Source: Thermodesulfobacteriota bacterium
GTDB taxonomy: Bacteria; Desulfobacterota_D; UBA1144; Nemesobacterales; UBA2774
Assembly (NCBI GenBank): GCA_965216785.1
Contig: OZ244197.1
Span: 1,152,001 to 1,216,000, forward strand
Direction of reading: 5' to 3'
DNA length: 64,000 nucleotides
Shown here: positions 7,212-19,000 of the stretch, one piece after another
Position numbering within the stretch: the first letter of the stretch is position 1
Layout: each line of letters starts with the position of its first letter
Made by a program: the position numbers and the translations under genes
Notes under the pieces: model-generated
Told to the model about the DNA's origin: nothing
The model's database searches: none
The model's input: the letters and a program-made list of their open reading frames with translations, nothing else

Positions 7212-10200
7212 ATGGCCTTTGAACATAATAGTTTTATCAGCAAGCCTTTCCTGCGCTCTTTGTGGGCGTTGGATTATGAAGCCTATAAAGACACAGCGCA
7301 GGAAACAGAACTTATTAATATGCTCCGCGCCTGGGCGAAACGCTCCGATCTGAAAGAAACTTCGGCGGAATCGGCCTTTATAGACAGCTTCTTTAAATCT
7401 TTATGGGGCTATAAGCAGACCGGCCAGGATAGCGAGCCGGAATTTTCCCTTTTTCCTAAGTTCTCTGTGCCGGGAGGTGGTGTGAAAGGTGGCACAGGAG
7501 AAGCCGATCTTGCGATGGGATGGTTCGACCGTGATGGTGTCTCCCCTGTCCCGCAAATCCTTTGCGAGTTTAAGGATATAAAATCAAATCTGGACGCCCC
7601 GCAGAAAAGCCGGAAATCCAATCCCCGTTCCCCGGTTAAGCAATGCCTTGATTATCTGGGGGCAGCGCGGCGCGGATTATTCGGCAATGAAGCCATCCTG
7701 CCGAGTTGGGGCATTGTCACGGATATGAATGAGTTTCGGCTCTATTGGTATGACCGCGCCCCGCAGCAATATTTCCGCTTTGTCATCCGCCCTGTCGATT
7801 TATTCCAGGGCGAAGGCTTGCTGGCCGATACGGAAACTGCGCGATTTGAGCGTTTTTTATTCTGGAGGTTGTTTCATAGTGACACCCTGCTCACTACAGG
7901 CGGACGCTCAAAATTAGAGCAGTTAATTGCACAGCAATGGGTCAAAGAGCGCGAGATTGAAAATACGTTCTATAAAGAATACCGCACCTTCCGGGAAAAG
8001 CTTTATCAAACCCTGCTCAAACATAACCCGGATTTTCCCGGCACCAAGGGCAGGCTTGTGCGGATCGCGCAAAAAATCCTCGATCGCTTTATCTTCATTT
8101 TTTACTGCGAGGATATGGGACAGGCGTTGAGCTTTCCTCCGCAAATATTACGCGATTTTCTCATTGACCGTAGCAATAATCAATATTTTGATCCCGGCGG
8201 CTTCACGATCTGGTCTGAAATAATCTCACTGTTCAAAGCGATGAATGAGGGGCGGCCCTTCGGCGGCAAGAAAGTCAACCAGTTTAACGGCGGACTATTT
8301 GCCGATGATCCTGAAATGGAAAGCCTTTCCCTTCCCAATTCTGTATTCTGCCATAAAGGACAGGGGCAAAATGAAGCCAGCCTGAATGCAGACAAGCAAA
8401 CCGTTTTATATCTGTCCGCTGCCTATAATTACGCATCCGATTTTTCGCAAAGTTTACATCACTTGCCCGTCGAGGAAAAAGACCCGGCAAAGGCTTTAAA
8501 GCGCGACCCTTCCCGCAGCCTCGGGCTTTATACACTGGGCCGCATTTTTGAGCAATCCATCACAGAACTTGAAATCCTGGAAGCGGAAGCCGATGGCTTA
8601 TTATCGGTTAACAAAGAATCCAAACGCAAACGCGACGGCGTGTATTACACACCGGAATGGGTGGTCGAGTGCATTGTGCTTGAAACACTCGGGCCACGCC
8701 TGGCGGAGATCAAATCAGAATGCGGCTGGCCGGATACCGGTCTTCCCGATGAACAGGCCATTGATCAATACCAGGAGCGCCTGAAAATGCTTAAAGTCGT
8801 TGATCCCGCCTGCGGCTCCGGGGCTTTCCTGATCACAGTATTGCGTTTTCTTATGGATGAATGGCACAGCATGATCGCACTGCGCCGTGATGTCACCGGC
8901 AAAGTGACCAAACGCGATGATGACACCCTGATCAAAGATATATTGAGAAGCAATATTTACGGCGTTGATATCAACCCCGCTTCTGTAGAAATCACACGCC
9001 TTGCCCTTTGGCTGCATACGGCCAGCGGCGATAAGCCTTTATCCTCACTCGATCACACCATCCGCGACGGCAACAGCCTGATCGGACCAGATTTTTATAA
9101 AGGGCAAATAGACATGGCTTTTTATGATGACGTGCAAAAAGAGCGCGTCAACATTTTTGACTGGAAGGCGGCATTCCCGGAAGTGTTTGATACTGGCGGC
9201 TTTGATGCCGTGATCGGCAATCCGCCCTATGTAAAGCTGCAAAATTTCCGAAAAGTCCATGCCGACATGGCAGAATATCTAAAAACAGACAGGCTCGGTC
9301 ATCCCACCTATAAAAGCACCCAGACCGGAAATTTTGACCTCTATCTGCCCTTTATTGAAAAGGGCCTGCAATTGCTCGGAGAAAATGGCAGGCTCGGCTA
9401 TATCGCCCCCAGCGTGTGGACAGTCAATGAATACGGCTCCGCGCTTAGAACTTTAATTGCTGATACACAACAACTGGAACGCTGGATTGACTTTGGGGCC
9501 TTCCAGGTTTTTAACGAAGGGACATCCTATACGGCCTTGCAGTTTTATTCGAAGCAACCAAATGATTCCTTAAAAGTCAGCTTCGCTCCAGATGGTATCA
9601 TTACTGATAATCCCTGGGAGGATAAGGATTCAGAGTTACCATACGATAATATAGATTTTGGTAACCGATGGCTGTTGTTAACAGGAAAGGAAAGGAAGAT
9701 CATTGACTACCTGTACAAGAAATGCGCACGTCTTGATGATCCATCAACCACTAATAATATTTTCGTCGGTATTCAAACGAGCGCTGATCATATTTACCAT
9801 CTGGAATATATCGGACCTGGACGTTATCGCTGCCACCCAAAAGGAAAGAATGCTTCTCCTTACGAGGTTGAGTTGGAAGATGAGATTATGAAACCTCTGA
9901 TATCAGGCGTTGATGCCAAGCGCTATATTCAGCACGAAACTAAAACTTACTTGCTTTTTCCTTATCAGAACGAAAATGGAAAAGTTATCCTTATAGATAG
10001 AAAGATTTTTCAAGAACAATATCCGAAAACCTGGAAATATCTTAAATCCTATGAGACCGAGCTGCGCGCGCGTGAAAATTGCAAAATGGATCATGATGAT
10101 AGTTGGTGGGCATATAACTATCCTAAAAATCTCGATAAACAAGAGATTATAAAGTTGCTAGTTCCTCGCCTCGTCAGTGACCTACATTGTTCAGTTGATT

Positions 10201-11039
10201 CATCTGGAGAGGCTTACCTCGACAATGTTGATGTCGGCGGTGTTGAAGTTGCAGATGATCAGGACCCGTTTTTCATTGCAGGTATTTTGAATGCGCCGGT
10301 CGCCAATTTTGTTTTTCAGCGTATTTCAAAACCGTTTCGGGGAGAGTATAGATCAGCAAATAAGCAATTCATAGCGCCGCTGCCAGTTCCAAATGTTAGT
10401 GAAAAAGACCGCAATGTTGTTTCCGGCCATGCCAAATCTCTGCAAACTCTCTACACAAAGCGCAGGGATATTATTGCACGGCTCGAAAAACGTATGGAAA
10501 CGGTGCAGCTTAAATCACGCCCTGAAACCTTCCTGTTTCCAGACCTGAAAGCCGTAAAGGATTATGTGGAGTTTGCCCCGAAAAATCTTTTAGAGGTAGA
10601 ACGCAAGAGCTGGGCGAAACAAAAATACCAGGAGGATTTACAAGGCCGCTATGATGAGATTTCAGACCGTATCCATCCCGCTGCCGGTCTGGACGCTGAC
10701 TTTAAGGACGGAGAACTGGTCTTTTCAATAGACGGCATTTCTGTTCTCGAAAATATATTTTTGGATGATAAAGACGGCGCATTCATCCTGGCCCAATGGA
10801 AAGTACTGGCGCAGACTTTCTCGATCACGGACAAGACAGACGGTAAAAAACTCTGCAACGCTTTAAGAAAACTGGCCGTTACGGACAATGCCGCCCTGGT
10901 AAAACAAATTATAGAACTTGAAGGTGAATTAACCCGGCTTGAAGCTGATATTGCCAAGGAGGAAGAAGACATCAATCAAATTATTTATTCATTATACGGC
11001 CTGAACGAACAGGAAATCAATCTGATCAAAGCCGGATAG
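7212..11039 (+). CDS. Type IIG/Eco57I-like single-chain restriction endonuclease-N6 adenine methyltransferase
   Basis: N-terminal nuclease (EADL...CEFK), GVYYTP, motif I DPACGSGAF, motif IV GNPPY, and a TaqI-C-like target recognition region. 1275 aa. Confidence 0.92.
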   Translation: MAFEHNSFISKPFLRSLWALDYEAYKDTAQETELINMLRAWAKRSDLKETSAESAFIDSFFKSLWGYKQTGQDSEPEFSLFPKFSVPGGGVKGGTGEADLAMGWFDRDGVSPVPQILCEFKDIKSNLDAPQKSRKSNPRSPVKQCLDYLGAARRGLFGNEAILPSWGIVTDMNEFRLYWYDRAPQQYFRFVIRPVDLFQGEGLLADTETARFERFLFWRLFHSDTLLTTGGRSKLEQLIAQQWVKEREIENTFYKEYRTFREKLYQTLLKHNPDFPGTKGRLVRIAQKILDRFIFIFYCEDMGQALSFPPQILRDFLIDRSNNQYFDPGGFTIWSEIISLFKAMNEGRPFGGKKVNQFNGGLFADDPEMESLSLPNSVFCHKGQGQNEASLNADKQTVLYLSAAYNYASDFSQSLHHLPVEEKDPAKALKRDPSRSLGLYTLGRIFEQSITELEILEAEADGLLSVNKESKRKRDGVYYTPEWVVECIVLETLGPRLAEIKSECGWPDTGLPDEQAIDQYQERLKMLKVVDPACGSGAFLITVLRFLMDEWHSMIALRRDVTGKVTKRDDDTLIKDILRSNIYGVDINPASVEITRLALWLHTASGDKPLSSLDHTIRDGNSLIGPDFYKGQIDMAFYDDVQKERVNIFDWKAAFPEVFDTGGFDAVIGNPPYVKLQNFRKVHADMAEYLKTDRLGHPTYKSTQTGNFDLYLPFIEKGLQLLGENGRLGYIAPSVWTVNEYGSALRTLIADTQQLERWIDFGAFQVFNEGTSYTALQFYSKQPNDSLKVSFAPDGIITDNPWEDKDSELPYDNIDFGNRWLLLTGKERKIIDYLYKKCARLDDPSTTNNIFVGIQTSADHIYHLEYIGPGRYRCHPKGKNASPYEVELEDEIMKPLISGVDAKRYIQHETKTYLLFPYQNENGKVILIDRKIFQEQYPKTWKYLKSYETELRARENCKMDHDDSWWAYNYPKNLDKQEIIKLLVPRLVSDLHCSVDSSGEAYLDNVDVGGVEVADDQDPFFIAGILNAPVANFVFQRISKPFRGEYRSANKQFIAPLPVPNVSEKDRNVVSGHAKSLQTLYTKRRDIIARLEKRMETVQLKSRPETFLFPDLKAVKDYVEFAPKNLLEVERKSWAKQKYQEDLQGRYDEISDRIHPAAGLDADFKDGELVFSIDGISVLENIFLDDKDGAFILAQWKVLAQTFSITDKTDGKKLCNALRKLAVTDNAALVKQIIELEGELTRLEADIAKEEEDINQIIYSLYGLNEQEINLIKAG

Positions 11040-11050
11040 TCCTTTACATG

Positions 11051-11090
11051 GGGGCTATTTATGATAGCTCCGAGACTTTTTTAATTTTGT
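11051..11090 (+). terminator. Probable intrinsic terminator after the RM gene
   Basis: Hairpin GGGGCTAT-ttatg-ATAGCTCC followed by T-rich runs. Confidence 0.5.
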
Positions 11091-11411
11091 TTTTATTGAG
11101 GGGGAAAGCCTTCCGCGATTAGGTATGTGGGGGAAGGTCTCCCCCTGGCTTTAACCGCCGCCATGTGCCGTTTTCAGCACACCCTCTTCGAGCGGGGACA
11201 GCCCGTAGGCACCCCGCTTTACTTCAAAACAACCGCGATACGCATTTTGATTGAAAATTACCAAAGTGTCCACGCTGCTGAGCATGCTCATTGGTGTCCA
11301 CAACTCTCATGCCGTATTTTGTACGATCTAACATTAACATATACAAAAATACTCATTTTAAATTATCGCCGCTTAAAACTACTAATATCTTGGTCTAATT
11401 TGCTTTATTTC

Positions 11412-12038
11412 TTATTCTCTAATCTTATTGGCCAGTTTACCATTTTCTGATGGTAACACATCTGCATATAATGCAGTCATACTTATTTTGCTATGTCCAA
11501 GTTGTTTCTGAACATATCTAAGGTTGTTTGTAGCATGTAATAAAAAAGTAGCATATGTGTGACGAGCACTGTGTATTGAAAAATGTAAAGGCAAGTGCGA
11601 TTCTTCGATTGCCCTCTTAAATGATTTCATAAGAGTTATTGCTGCACAGTGTTTTCCATTTCTACCCACAAATAACGCACTATCATCTTTAACTTCTTCG
11701 CCTATTGTTTTCTTTTTCCAAGTGATAAATGTCTTTAAATGGTTTACAAGTTCTTTGTCCAAATAAACGTCCCTTTTTTTACCTCTCTTTCCACTTCGTA
11801 CAATTAAATAAGGATCTTTAGTTGTTAATTCAATATCGCCGATTTTTAAGTTAGCAACCTCTGCTACACGTAATCCGCTAAAAAGTACTAAATCCACCAA
11901 CATGTAACGTTTTACCCATGTTTCACGACCATGTAATATATCCAGTTCAGATTTATCACTACAGGTTTTTAACAGCTTTGATCTTTGATCAAAGTCTAAA
12001 ATCTTTTCTCTATCAATGCTGTATATGCTAGAACTCAT
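11412..12038 (-). CDS. Short tyrosine recombinase/integrase (catalytic domain only)
   Basis: Complete catalytic set: SGLR, GK, HSARH, LGH, Y. Only 208 aa, so it has no N-terminal core-binding domain. Confidence 0.93.
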   Translation of the reverse strand: MSSSIYSIDREKILDFDQRSKLLKTCSDKSELDILHGRETWVKRYMLVDLVLFSGLRVAEVANLKIGDIELTTKDPYLIVRSGKRGKKRDVYLDKELVNHLKTFITWKKKTIGEEVKDDSALFVGRNGKHCAAITLMKSFKRAIEESHLPLHFSIHSARHTYATFLLHATNNLRYVQKQLGHSKISMTALYADVLPSENGKLANKIRE

Positions 12039-12136
12039 TTTTGCTCTCTTATTTTATAGCCTATGGATAATATTGTATAGAATAATACTAATAGGACAAC
12101 GATATTTTATAGATTATTTATATTCTCTATAAAATT

Positions 12137-12207
12137 TTCCGAATACTACAACAGAACGGATATAAAATTCCGTTATTGTGATTACAATGTAAGCGTGATT
12201 GGCTCTA
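12137..12207 (+). repeat. 71-bp direct repeat, copy 1 (candidate recombination site)
   Basis: 60/71 identical to 61579-61649, and 51/55 over 12153-12207. Contains the dyads AACGGA-N8-TCCGTT and ATTGT-N4-ACAAT. Confidence 0.9.
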
Positions 12208-12281
12208 TATAAAGATGCTGTGATTTTTGATTATTATGAGTGCTATTGCTGTATATAATAGAGAATATAAGGAATCAATAT

Positions 12282-12476
12282 ATGCAACGACAATCAGTTA
12301 TTAAATGCCCAGAGTGCGGGTTCGAGAAAGAAGAGACTATGCCTACTGATTCATGTCAGTTCTTCTATGAATGTACAAATTGTAAAGCACTGTTAAAACC
12401 CAACCCCGGCGACTGCTGTGTGTTTTGTTCCTTCGGAAACATCAAGTGCCCCTTAGTACAAGAAGGTCTTTGCTAG
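12282..12476 (+). CDS. GDCCVxC-domain Cys-rich small protein, copy 1
   Basis: CPECG...CQFFYECTNC...PGDCCVFCS..CP. Start at ATG 12282. Confidence 0.9.
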   Translation: MQRQSVIKCPECGFEKEETMPTDSCQFFYECTNCKALLKPNPGDCCVFCSFGNIKCPLVQEGLC

Positions 12477-12556
12477 TATACTGCTCCCCATTAAGAAGCG
12501 GCTAGTATTAAGCTAGTAAAATAACCTGAAATAGTTGAAGGAGTGGTAGCAGTATA
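12477..12556. mobile_element. 80-bp MITE-like relic with IS3-type ends
   Basis: TATACTGCTCCCC at the left end and inverted GGTAGCAGTATA at the right end. The left end matches the reverse complement of the GGGGAGCAGTACA termini at 41881 and 61394. Confidence 0.45.
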
Positions 12557-12629
12557 GCATAATCCAGCTAGTAAATTAAAATTCAAGGGCTTGTTGACTT
12601 CTAGTCATTAACCAATATATTTAATTTGT

Positions 12630-13022
12630 ATGAGATCTCTGAGTCTATTACTAATTTTTAGTTTGGCACTTTGCTATAGTGGCATCTGTTCGGCAACAGA
12701 TTTAATTGCTGATAGTACGGCTGTAACAAGTTCTCATTGTGATATGGCAAATCATGATGCTGCAGATAGTTCAGACGAATCTCTAGTATTCATTCAAGAT
12801 ATAAACACTACTGATTCACAAAATTCCCAATGTTGTTATGAGGGATTAACAAATTCATCAATTGACGATAATTTAATCAATACCGATTTAGTCGTAGTAT
12901 TTTTATTAGATTTCCCTGACTTTTTAGAAACCAAGAATTCAAAATCCATAGATTTTATATTTACACAGAGAGTTCATGGTCCTCCGGATATATACTTATC
13001 CGTTTCTAGATTTTTACTATAA
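12630..13022 (+). CDS. Exported Cys/His-containing protein preceding the RND operon
   Basis: Signal peptide, HC and CC motifs, C-terminal HGPP. Typical position upstream of metal RND systems. Confidence 0.7.
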   Translation: MRSLSLLLIFSLALCYSGICSATDLIADSTAVTSSHCDMANHDAADSSDESLVFIQDINTTDSQNSQCCYEGLTNSSIDDNLINTDLVVVFLLDFPDFLETKNSKSIDFIFTQRVHGPPDIYLSVSRFLL

Positions 13023-13168
13023 TTCCCACCTAAATATTTTTTGGACGATGATAGTTTCAAATAGCTATCTACGTCATTCTATTTTATTCCTTCACAGAGT
13101 TTTATCAAAACTATATGGCCACTAATTTGTGAGGCCGTAAATAGTTGTTTAGAAACGGAGAAAATAAT

Positions 13169-14476
13169 ATGAAGTTATTCTACATTATATTATTCGCTGT
13201 ATTAGTTTTAGGAGTTAATGTAAGAGCTGAGACTGTAAAACTTGATTCTTTAGTTAAAGAAGCTTTAGATAATAATCCTGAGATAAAAGCTTCTACGGCT
13301 AGATGGGAAGCATCAACAAAGCGCCCTTCTCAGGAGGGTTCTTTACCCAATCCTATAATTGGGGGAAGAATCAAGAATGTCAGTTTCTCTGAAATAACCT
13401 TAGGAGAAGACCCCAGGTCAGATCTTCAAGCCTTTGTTAGCCAAGAAATACCTTTCCCTGGAAAGCTTTCATCAAAAGAAAAAATAGCAGAGGAAGAAGC
13501 AGAATCGCAAAGATGGATTTCTGACGCGATTACAAGGAAAGTCGTTGCCGATCTGAAAGAAGCATATTTCGATTGGTTCTTTGTAAATAAGTCCATTGAG
13601 ATAACAAATAAAAATAAAGAGTTATTGGAGAAATTTGTAAGGATAGCAGAAGCAAAATACGAAGTAGGAATGGGTATTCAGCAAGATGTTTTAAAGGCTC
13701 AAGTCGAGGTTTCAAGCTTCATAGAAAGACTTGAGCTATTAAGAGAAAAAAAAGAAATTATAGAAACTAAGATTAAGAAAATATTGAATCGTTCATTGGA
13801 TTCTCCCCTCGGTGAACCTGAAGAAGTAACAAAATCCGAACTTGCCCAATCACTGACAGATATTTCGAATGCAGCGTCAGAACAAGCACCAGAGCTCAAG
13901 TCAAGCGCCAAGTTAATTGATAGCCGGAATGAGAATTTAAAACTTGCGAAGAAGCAATACCTTCCTGACTTCATATTGGGAGCCACTTATTTTAACAGGG
14001 ACGGGAGTAACGGTGACTTGGATGATATATGGCAAGTTAGTCTTGGATTAAGAGTTCCACTTTACTATTGGAGAAAAGAAAGGTTTGGAGTTCAAGAAGC
14101 TGCACTGGAGGTTTCTGAAGCTAAGGAGAATTTCAATTCCGTTAAGAACAATGTGCTTTTTACGGCAAAAGATAACTACATTACTGCAACCACTTCAGAC
14201 AAGCTTCTTGAACTTTATAGAACTGGGATAATTCCTCAATCGAGTTTATCGCTTGAGTCAGCAATCTCTGGCTATCAAGTTGGCGATGTAGATTTCCTTA
14301 CCCTGCTGGACAATCTAATCACACTATTCAATTTCGAGCTTGGATACTTTGAACAACTAACTCTATATCAAAAGGCCTTGACCAGAATCGAGGAAGTAAC
14401 TGGATTGGATTTGGTTGCGAATAATTCAACCATTGGAAATGAAACTATTAACAATAATGATGTCAGGAGTGAGTAA
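13169..14476 (+). CDS. cusC: TolC-family outer membrane factor (CusC-like)
   Basis: ALDNNPEI..A, YEVG.G.QQDVLKAQ and YQVGDVDFLTLLD repeats. First gene of the CBA operon. Confidence 0.88.
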   Translation: MKLFYIILFAVLVLGVNVRAETVKLDSLVKEALDNNPEIKASTARWEASTKRPSQEGSLPNPIIGGRIKNVSFSEITLGEDPRSDLQAFVSQEIPFPGKLSSKEKIAEEEAESQRWISDAITRKVVADLKEAYFDWFFVNKSIEITNKNKELLEKFVRIAEAKYEVGMGIQQDVLKAQVEVSSFIERLELLREKKEIIETKIKKILNRSLDSPLGEPEEVTKSELAQSLTDISNAASEQAPELKSSAKLIDSRNENLKLAKKQYLPDFILGATYFNRDGSNGDLDDIWQVSLGLRVPLYYWRKERFGVQEAALEVSEAKENFNSVKNNVLFTAKDNYITATTSDKLLELYRTGIIPQSSLSLESAISGYQVGDVDFLTLLDNLITLFNFELGYFEQLTLYQKALTRIEEVTGLDLVANNSTIGNETINNNDVRSE

Positions 14477-14478
14477 AA

Positions 14479-16008
14479 ATGACGCAAACATATAAAAAGA
14501 AACAATACAAGATTTTGGGCATATTAATTGTGCTTATACTCGTATCTTTGGTTTTATATAAGTACGGCTCAAATATTCCCTTGATCAACAAAATCCCAAT
14601 TTTCGCTGATGATCACGAACACGAGTACAGACCTGTGTTCACAGAGGAGGGTGAAATAGATTATTGGACTTGTGCTATGCATCCCTCTGTAAGATTAAAA
14701 GAGCCCGGGCAATGCCCTATCTGCGGTATGGAGACTACTCCTGTACTAAAAACAGACAATTCTCAGACCGAACCCAACTCACAAACAGGAATGGAAGAAA
14801 AAGATAGTACAAAAAATGGAGAAGATATGACTGATATGCAGGGTCATGATCATAGTACGATGGGAGTTCGTACAAAAAAAGACAATGGCGGAGAAGAGAA
14901 ATCAGTTTTTTCAGTAACTCCAGAGAGACAGCAATTAATAGGTATAAAGACTGAACCTATTATGATACGAGCTTTAGATAAAAATATACGCACAGTTGGA
15001 ATGGTAGAAATCGATGAAACTAGGATTGACCATATTAATACCAAAATAAAAGGCTGGATTGATAAAGTCTTTGTAGATTACACATGGCAATACGTAAATA
15101 AAGGAGACCCGCTGTTTTCAATATACAGCCCCGAACTCGTTTCTACTCAGGAAGAATTTTTACTAGCTCTCAGGTCAAAAGATCTTTTAGGGAGTAATCA
15201 ATATAGTGAAATAGCACGTGGTTCTAGTTCACTTCTTGAAGCTACTAGAAGACGGCTCAAGCTCTGGGACGTTTCCGAAAATCAGATACGTGAGCTGGAA
15301 AGAACCGGAAAAGTTAAAACGAGCCTTATTATCTACTCGCCCGTTTCCGGCAACGTTGTTGAAAAAAATGCTTTTGAAAATATGTTCGTAGAGCCAAACA
15401 CTACCATATATTCCATTGCTGATCATTCATTAGTCTGGGTACAGGTCGATATCTACGAGAATGAAATCTCCCTAATCAAATTAGGTCAAAAAGCTACTAT
15501 GACATTAGCTTCTTTTCCGGGAGAGGTATATGAAGGTGAGGTCACATTCATCTGGCCACATATAGATCCAAAAACGAGAACTGTAAAAGTCCGTCTCGAG
15601 TTTCCTAACCCCGATCTAAAACTCCTACCCGAAATGTATGCGAATGTGAATCTGGTTATTCCTATTGGCGAAAAACTAACGATACCTGAGAGCGCTATAT
15701 TAAGGACCGGTAAACAAGATATTGTTTTTGTCGACAGAGGCGCAGGGAATATGGAGATTAGAAAAGTTGAGCTTGGCCAAAAGGCAGGGGGTTATTATGA
15801 GGTGCTTAGAGGTTTAAAAAAGGGTGAACAGGTAGTTTCGAGAGCTAATTTCCTTATCGATTCGGAAAGTAAGATCCAGGCAGCGGTAGCAACTTGGGGA
15901 GAAGAACAAGAGAGCGGTCAGGAAACAACTCAGAAATTAGAACTCCAATTGGAACAGGAAGTAGATGACAATTCGGCGACTCAGCAACCTCAACTTCACC
16001 AGCATTAA
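14479..16008 (+). CDS. cusB: CusB-like periplasmic adaptor with a heavy-metal-binding domain
   Basis: YWTCAMHP...PGQCPICGM, IYSPELVSTQEE, TRTVKVR..FPN..LKLLPEMY, NFLIDSES. Confidence 0.93.
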   Translation: MTQTYKKKQYKILGILIVLILVSLVLYKYGSNIPLINKIPIFADDHEHEYRPVFTEEGEIDYWTCAMHPSVRLKEPGQCPICGMETTPVLKTDNSQTEPNSQTGMEEKDSTKNGEDMTDMQGHDHSTMGVRTKKDNGGEEKSVFSVTPERQQLIGIKTEPIMIRALDKNIRTVGMVEIDETRIDHINTKIKGWIDKVFVDYTWQYVNKGDPLFSIYSPELVSTQEEFLLALRSKDLLGSNQYSEIARGSSSLLEATRRRLKLWDVSENQIRELERTGKVKTSLIIYSPVSGNVVEKNAFENMFVEPNTTIYSIADHSLVWVQVDIYENEISLIKLGQKATMTLASFPGEVYEGEVTFIWPHIDPKTRTVKVRLEFPNPDLKLLPEMYANVNLVIPIGEKLTIPESAILRTGKQDIVFVDRGAGNMEIRKVELGQKAGGYYEVLRGLKKGEQVVSRANFLIDSESKIQAAVATWGEEQESGQETTQKLELQLEQEVDDNSATQQPQLHQH

Positions 16009-16052
16009 TTTTTCGTGCGAGACTGATTCGCATAATCAAATGGAGAATAGAA

Positions 16053-19000
16053 ATGATAGAAAAAATTATTGAGTTCTCAGCAAGAAACAGATTTTTAACA
16101 ATATTAGGTGTTCTTTTCATCGCTGCATGGGGTTTCTGGGCAATGAAGCAAACTCCGCTGGATGCAATTCCTGATCTTTCGGACGTCCAAGTTATAGTCT
16201 TCACAGAATGGACTGGGAGAAGCCCTGACCTTGTCGAAGATCAAATTACATATCCGATTGTTACTACTATGATTGCTGCACCTAACGTGAAATTTGTTCG
16301 CGGTCAATCCTTCTTTGGTCTTTCGTTTATTTACATCATCTTTGAAGACGGAACCGACATGTACTGGGCAAGAAGCCGAATTCTAGAATATCTTAACGAG
16401 GTCTCTGGGCAACTTCCTGAAGGTGTAACACCGACATTAGGTCCAGATGCGACAGGTGTAGGATGGGTGTATCAATACGCACTGGTTGATAAAACGGGGA
16501 ATAACGATTTAGCTGAGCTTAGAACATTTCAAGATTGGTATCTTCGTTACTGGCTTGAATCTGTTCCAGGTGTAGCAGAAGTAGCGAGTGTTGGTGGATT
16601 CGAGAAGCAATATCAAGTTGAGATTGACCCTAATAAATTATTCGCTTACAAAATCCCACTGGACAAAGTTATTAACGCCATTCGAAGAAGTAATAATGAT
16701 GTTGGAGGAAGAGTGGTCGAGTTTGCTACTACTGAATATTTTGTGAGGGGAAGGGGATATATAAAATCTGTAGAAGATATTGAGAAAATACCTGTAGGTA
16801 CGAACGAACTTGGAACACCTGTATATATCAGAGATATAGCTAATGTGCAGTTGGGACCGGAAATTAGAAGAGGTCTCTCAGAATTGGACGGAGAGGGTGA
16901 GGCAGTTGGCGGAATTGTAGTTATGCGTTACGGGGAAAATGCCTTGGATGTTATTGAAAAAGTTAAACAGAAAATCGAAGATATAAAACCGTCCCTTCCC
17001 GAAGGAGTCGAAATTGTAACTACTTATGACCGCTCCGGTTTAATAGAACGCGCTATAAACACATTAAAGGAAAAACTAATTGAGGAAAGCATTATTGTAA
17101 GTATTGTCATAATTGTATTCCTTTTTCATCTTAGAAGCGCTTCAGTTCCTATTCTGACTATTCCTTTTGCAGTCTTGATGGCATTTATACCAATGTACTA
17201 TATGAAGCTTACTTCAAACATAATGTCACTTGGAGGAATTGCAATCGCAATTGGCGCTATGGTAGATGCCTCAATAGTTCTTGTCGAGAATGTGCATAAA
17301 AGACTTGAACACTGGCAAGGAGAAGGTGGTGAAGAAGGAAGAACGAAGGTAATGATAGATGCTATGAAAGAAGTTGGGAAACCAATTTTCTTTGCTCTTC
17401 TTGTCATAACGATTTCTTTTCTTCCCGTATTTACACTTGAGGCCCAGGAAGGGAGGCTTTTTAAGCCTCTAGCCTATACTAAAACCTTTTCCATGTTTTT
17501 CGCCGCACTTTTGGCTATTACAATGACACCGGCATTAATTACTCTATTAATAAAGGGCAAGATCAAACCAGAGATAAAAAACCCAGTCAACAGATTACTT
17601 ATCAAACTATATGACCCTGTTGTTAAGGTCGCATTGCGCTTTAAGAAGACTGTGATAGTAGCGTCGATTCTCATACTCCTAGTAACAGTCATCCCATTCA
17701 TGAAACTTGGATCTGAATTTATGCCGCCTCTTAACGAGGGGAGCATTCTCTATATGCCGACCGCTGTTCCCGGAATGTCGATAACGGAGGCAGCCAAAAT
17801 TCTTCACTTACAAGATAAAATGCTGATGCAATTTCCGGAGGTTGAAAGAGTGTTTGGCAAAATCGGAAGGGCAAGAACAGCTACAGATCCTGCTCCTCTT
17901 AGTATGGTGGAAACAATTATTACACTTAAACCTGAAGAAGAATGGCGAGAGGGGATGACTTGGGACAAATTAATATCAGAGATGAACCAGACCGTAAAAT
18001 TTCCGGGAATGGCAAATATATTTTGGATGCCTATTCAAACCAGAACAGAGATGCTTTCTACGGGATTCAGAAGTAATCTCGGCATAAAAGTTTTTGGCCC
18101 TGATCTTAAAATTATTGAAGACATTGGTGTTAAAATCGAGGGGGTTTTATCCGAACTCCCAGGTACTAGGAGTGTTTTTGCTGAGAGGGTTACTGGGGGT
18201 TATTTTCTTGATTTTGACATTGACCGGGAGGAAGCTGCAAGATACGGCCTAACAGTCGGGGATGTGGAGGATGTCATTGAGACGGCCATAGGCGGAAAAA
18301 ATATCTCACAAACTGTCGAGGGTCAGGAAAGGTATCCGATAAACGTTAGGTATCAAAGAGAGCTCAGAATGGATATAGAAGAATTAGAAAGGGTCTTGGT
18401 AGCTACTCCCACGGGGGCACAAGTTCCCCTATCACTCTTGGTTGATCTTCAATTCACAACTGGGCCCCCTCAAATACGAAACGAAGATGGGCAGAAGGTC
18501 GGATATGTATTTGTCGATGTTGAAGGTAAGGACTACGAAGGTTTTGTAAATGAGGCTAAGTCAATTGTCAGGGAAAACGTAGATCTTCCACCGGGGTATT
18601 TTCTCGAGTGGGCCGGACAGTATGAATATCTGCAAAGAGTAAAAGAGAAACTAATTTATGTAGTGCCACTCACAGTATTTATTATTTTTCTCTTAATCTT
18701 TTTGAACTTTAACTCAGTGATAGAAACCTTGATTGTATTACTGTCTATTCCATTTTCCTTAGTTGGCAGTATTTGGCTCCTTTATATACTGGATTACAAC
18801 CTCAGCATTGCAGTATGGGTTGGGATTATAGCTCTAGCTGGGCTCGCTGCTCAAACAGGGATTGTGATGATAATTTATCTTGATGAATTTTATGAAAAAA
18901 TGATCAAAGAAGGAAAATCAGGCTTAGGTGACTTGGCCAAGGCTATACACGACGGTGCTGTACAAAGGGTGAGACCCAAGATGATGACTGTTATGGCATT

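Noticed and set aside
11127-11450. 107-aa ORF
   Set aside because: It spans a hairpin-rich region and a composition junction, overlaps the recombinase 3' end, and has no motif.
11412-12210. Classical integron (intI/attI/attC)
   Set aside because: The recombinase is too short and lacks the IntI-specific insertion. I saw no RYYYAAC...GTTRRRY attC hairpins between cargo genes.
12282-12476. Selenocysteine in the GDCCVxC proteins
   Set aside because: Neither copy has an in-frame TGA. All positions are Cys codons.
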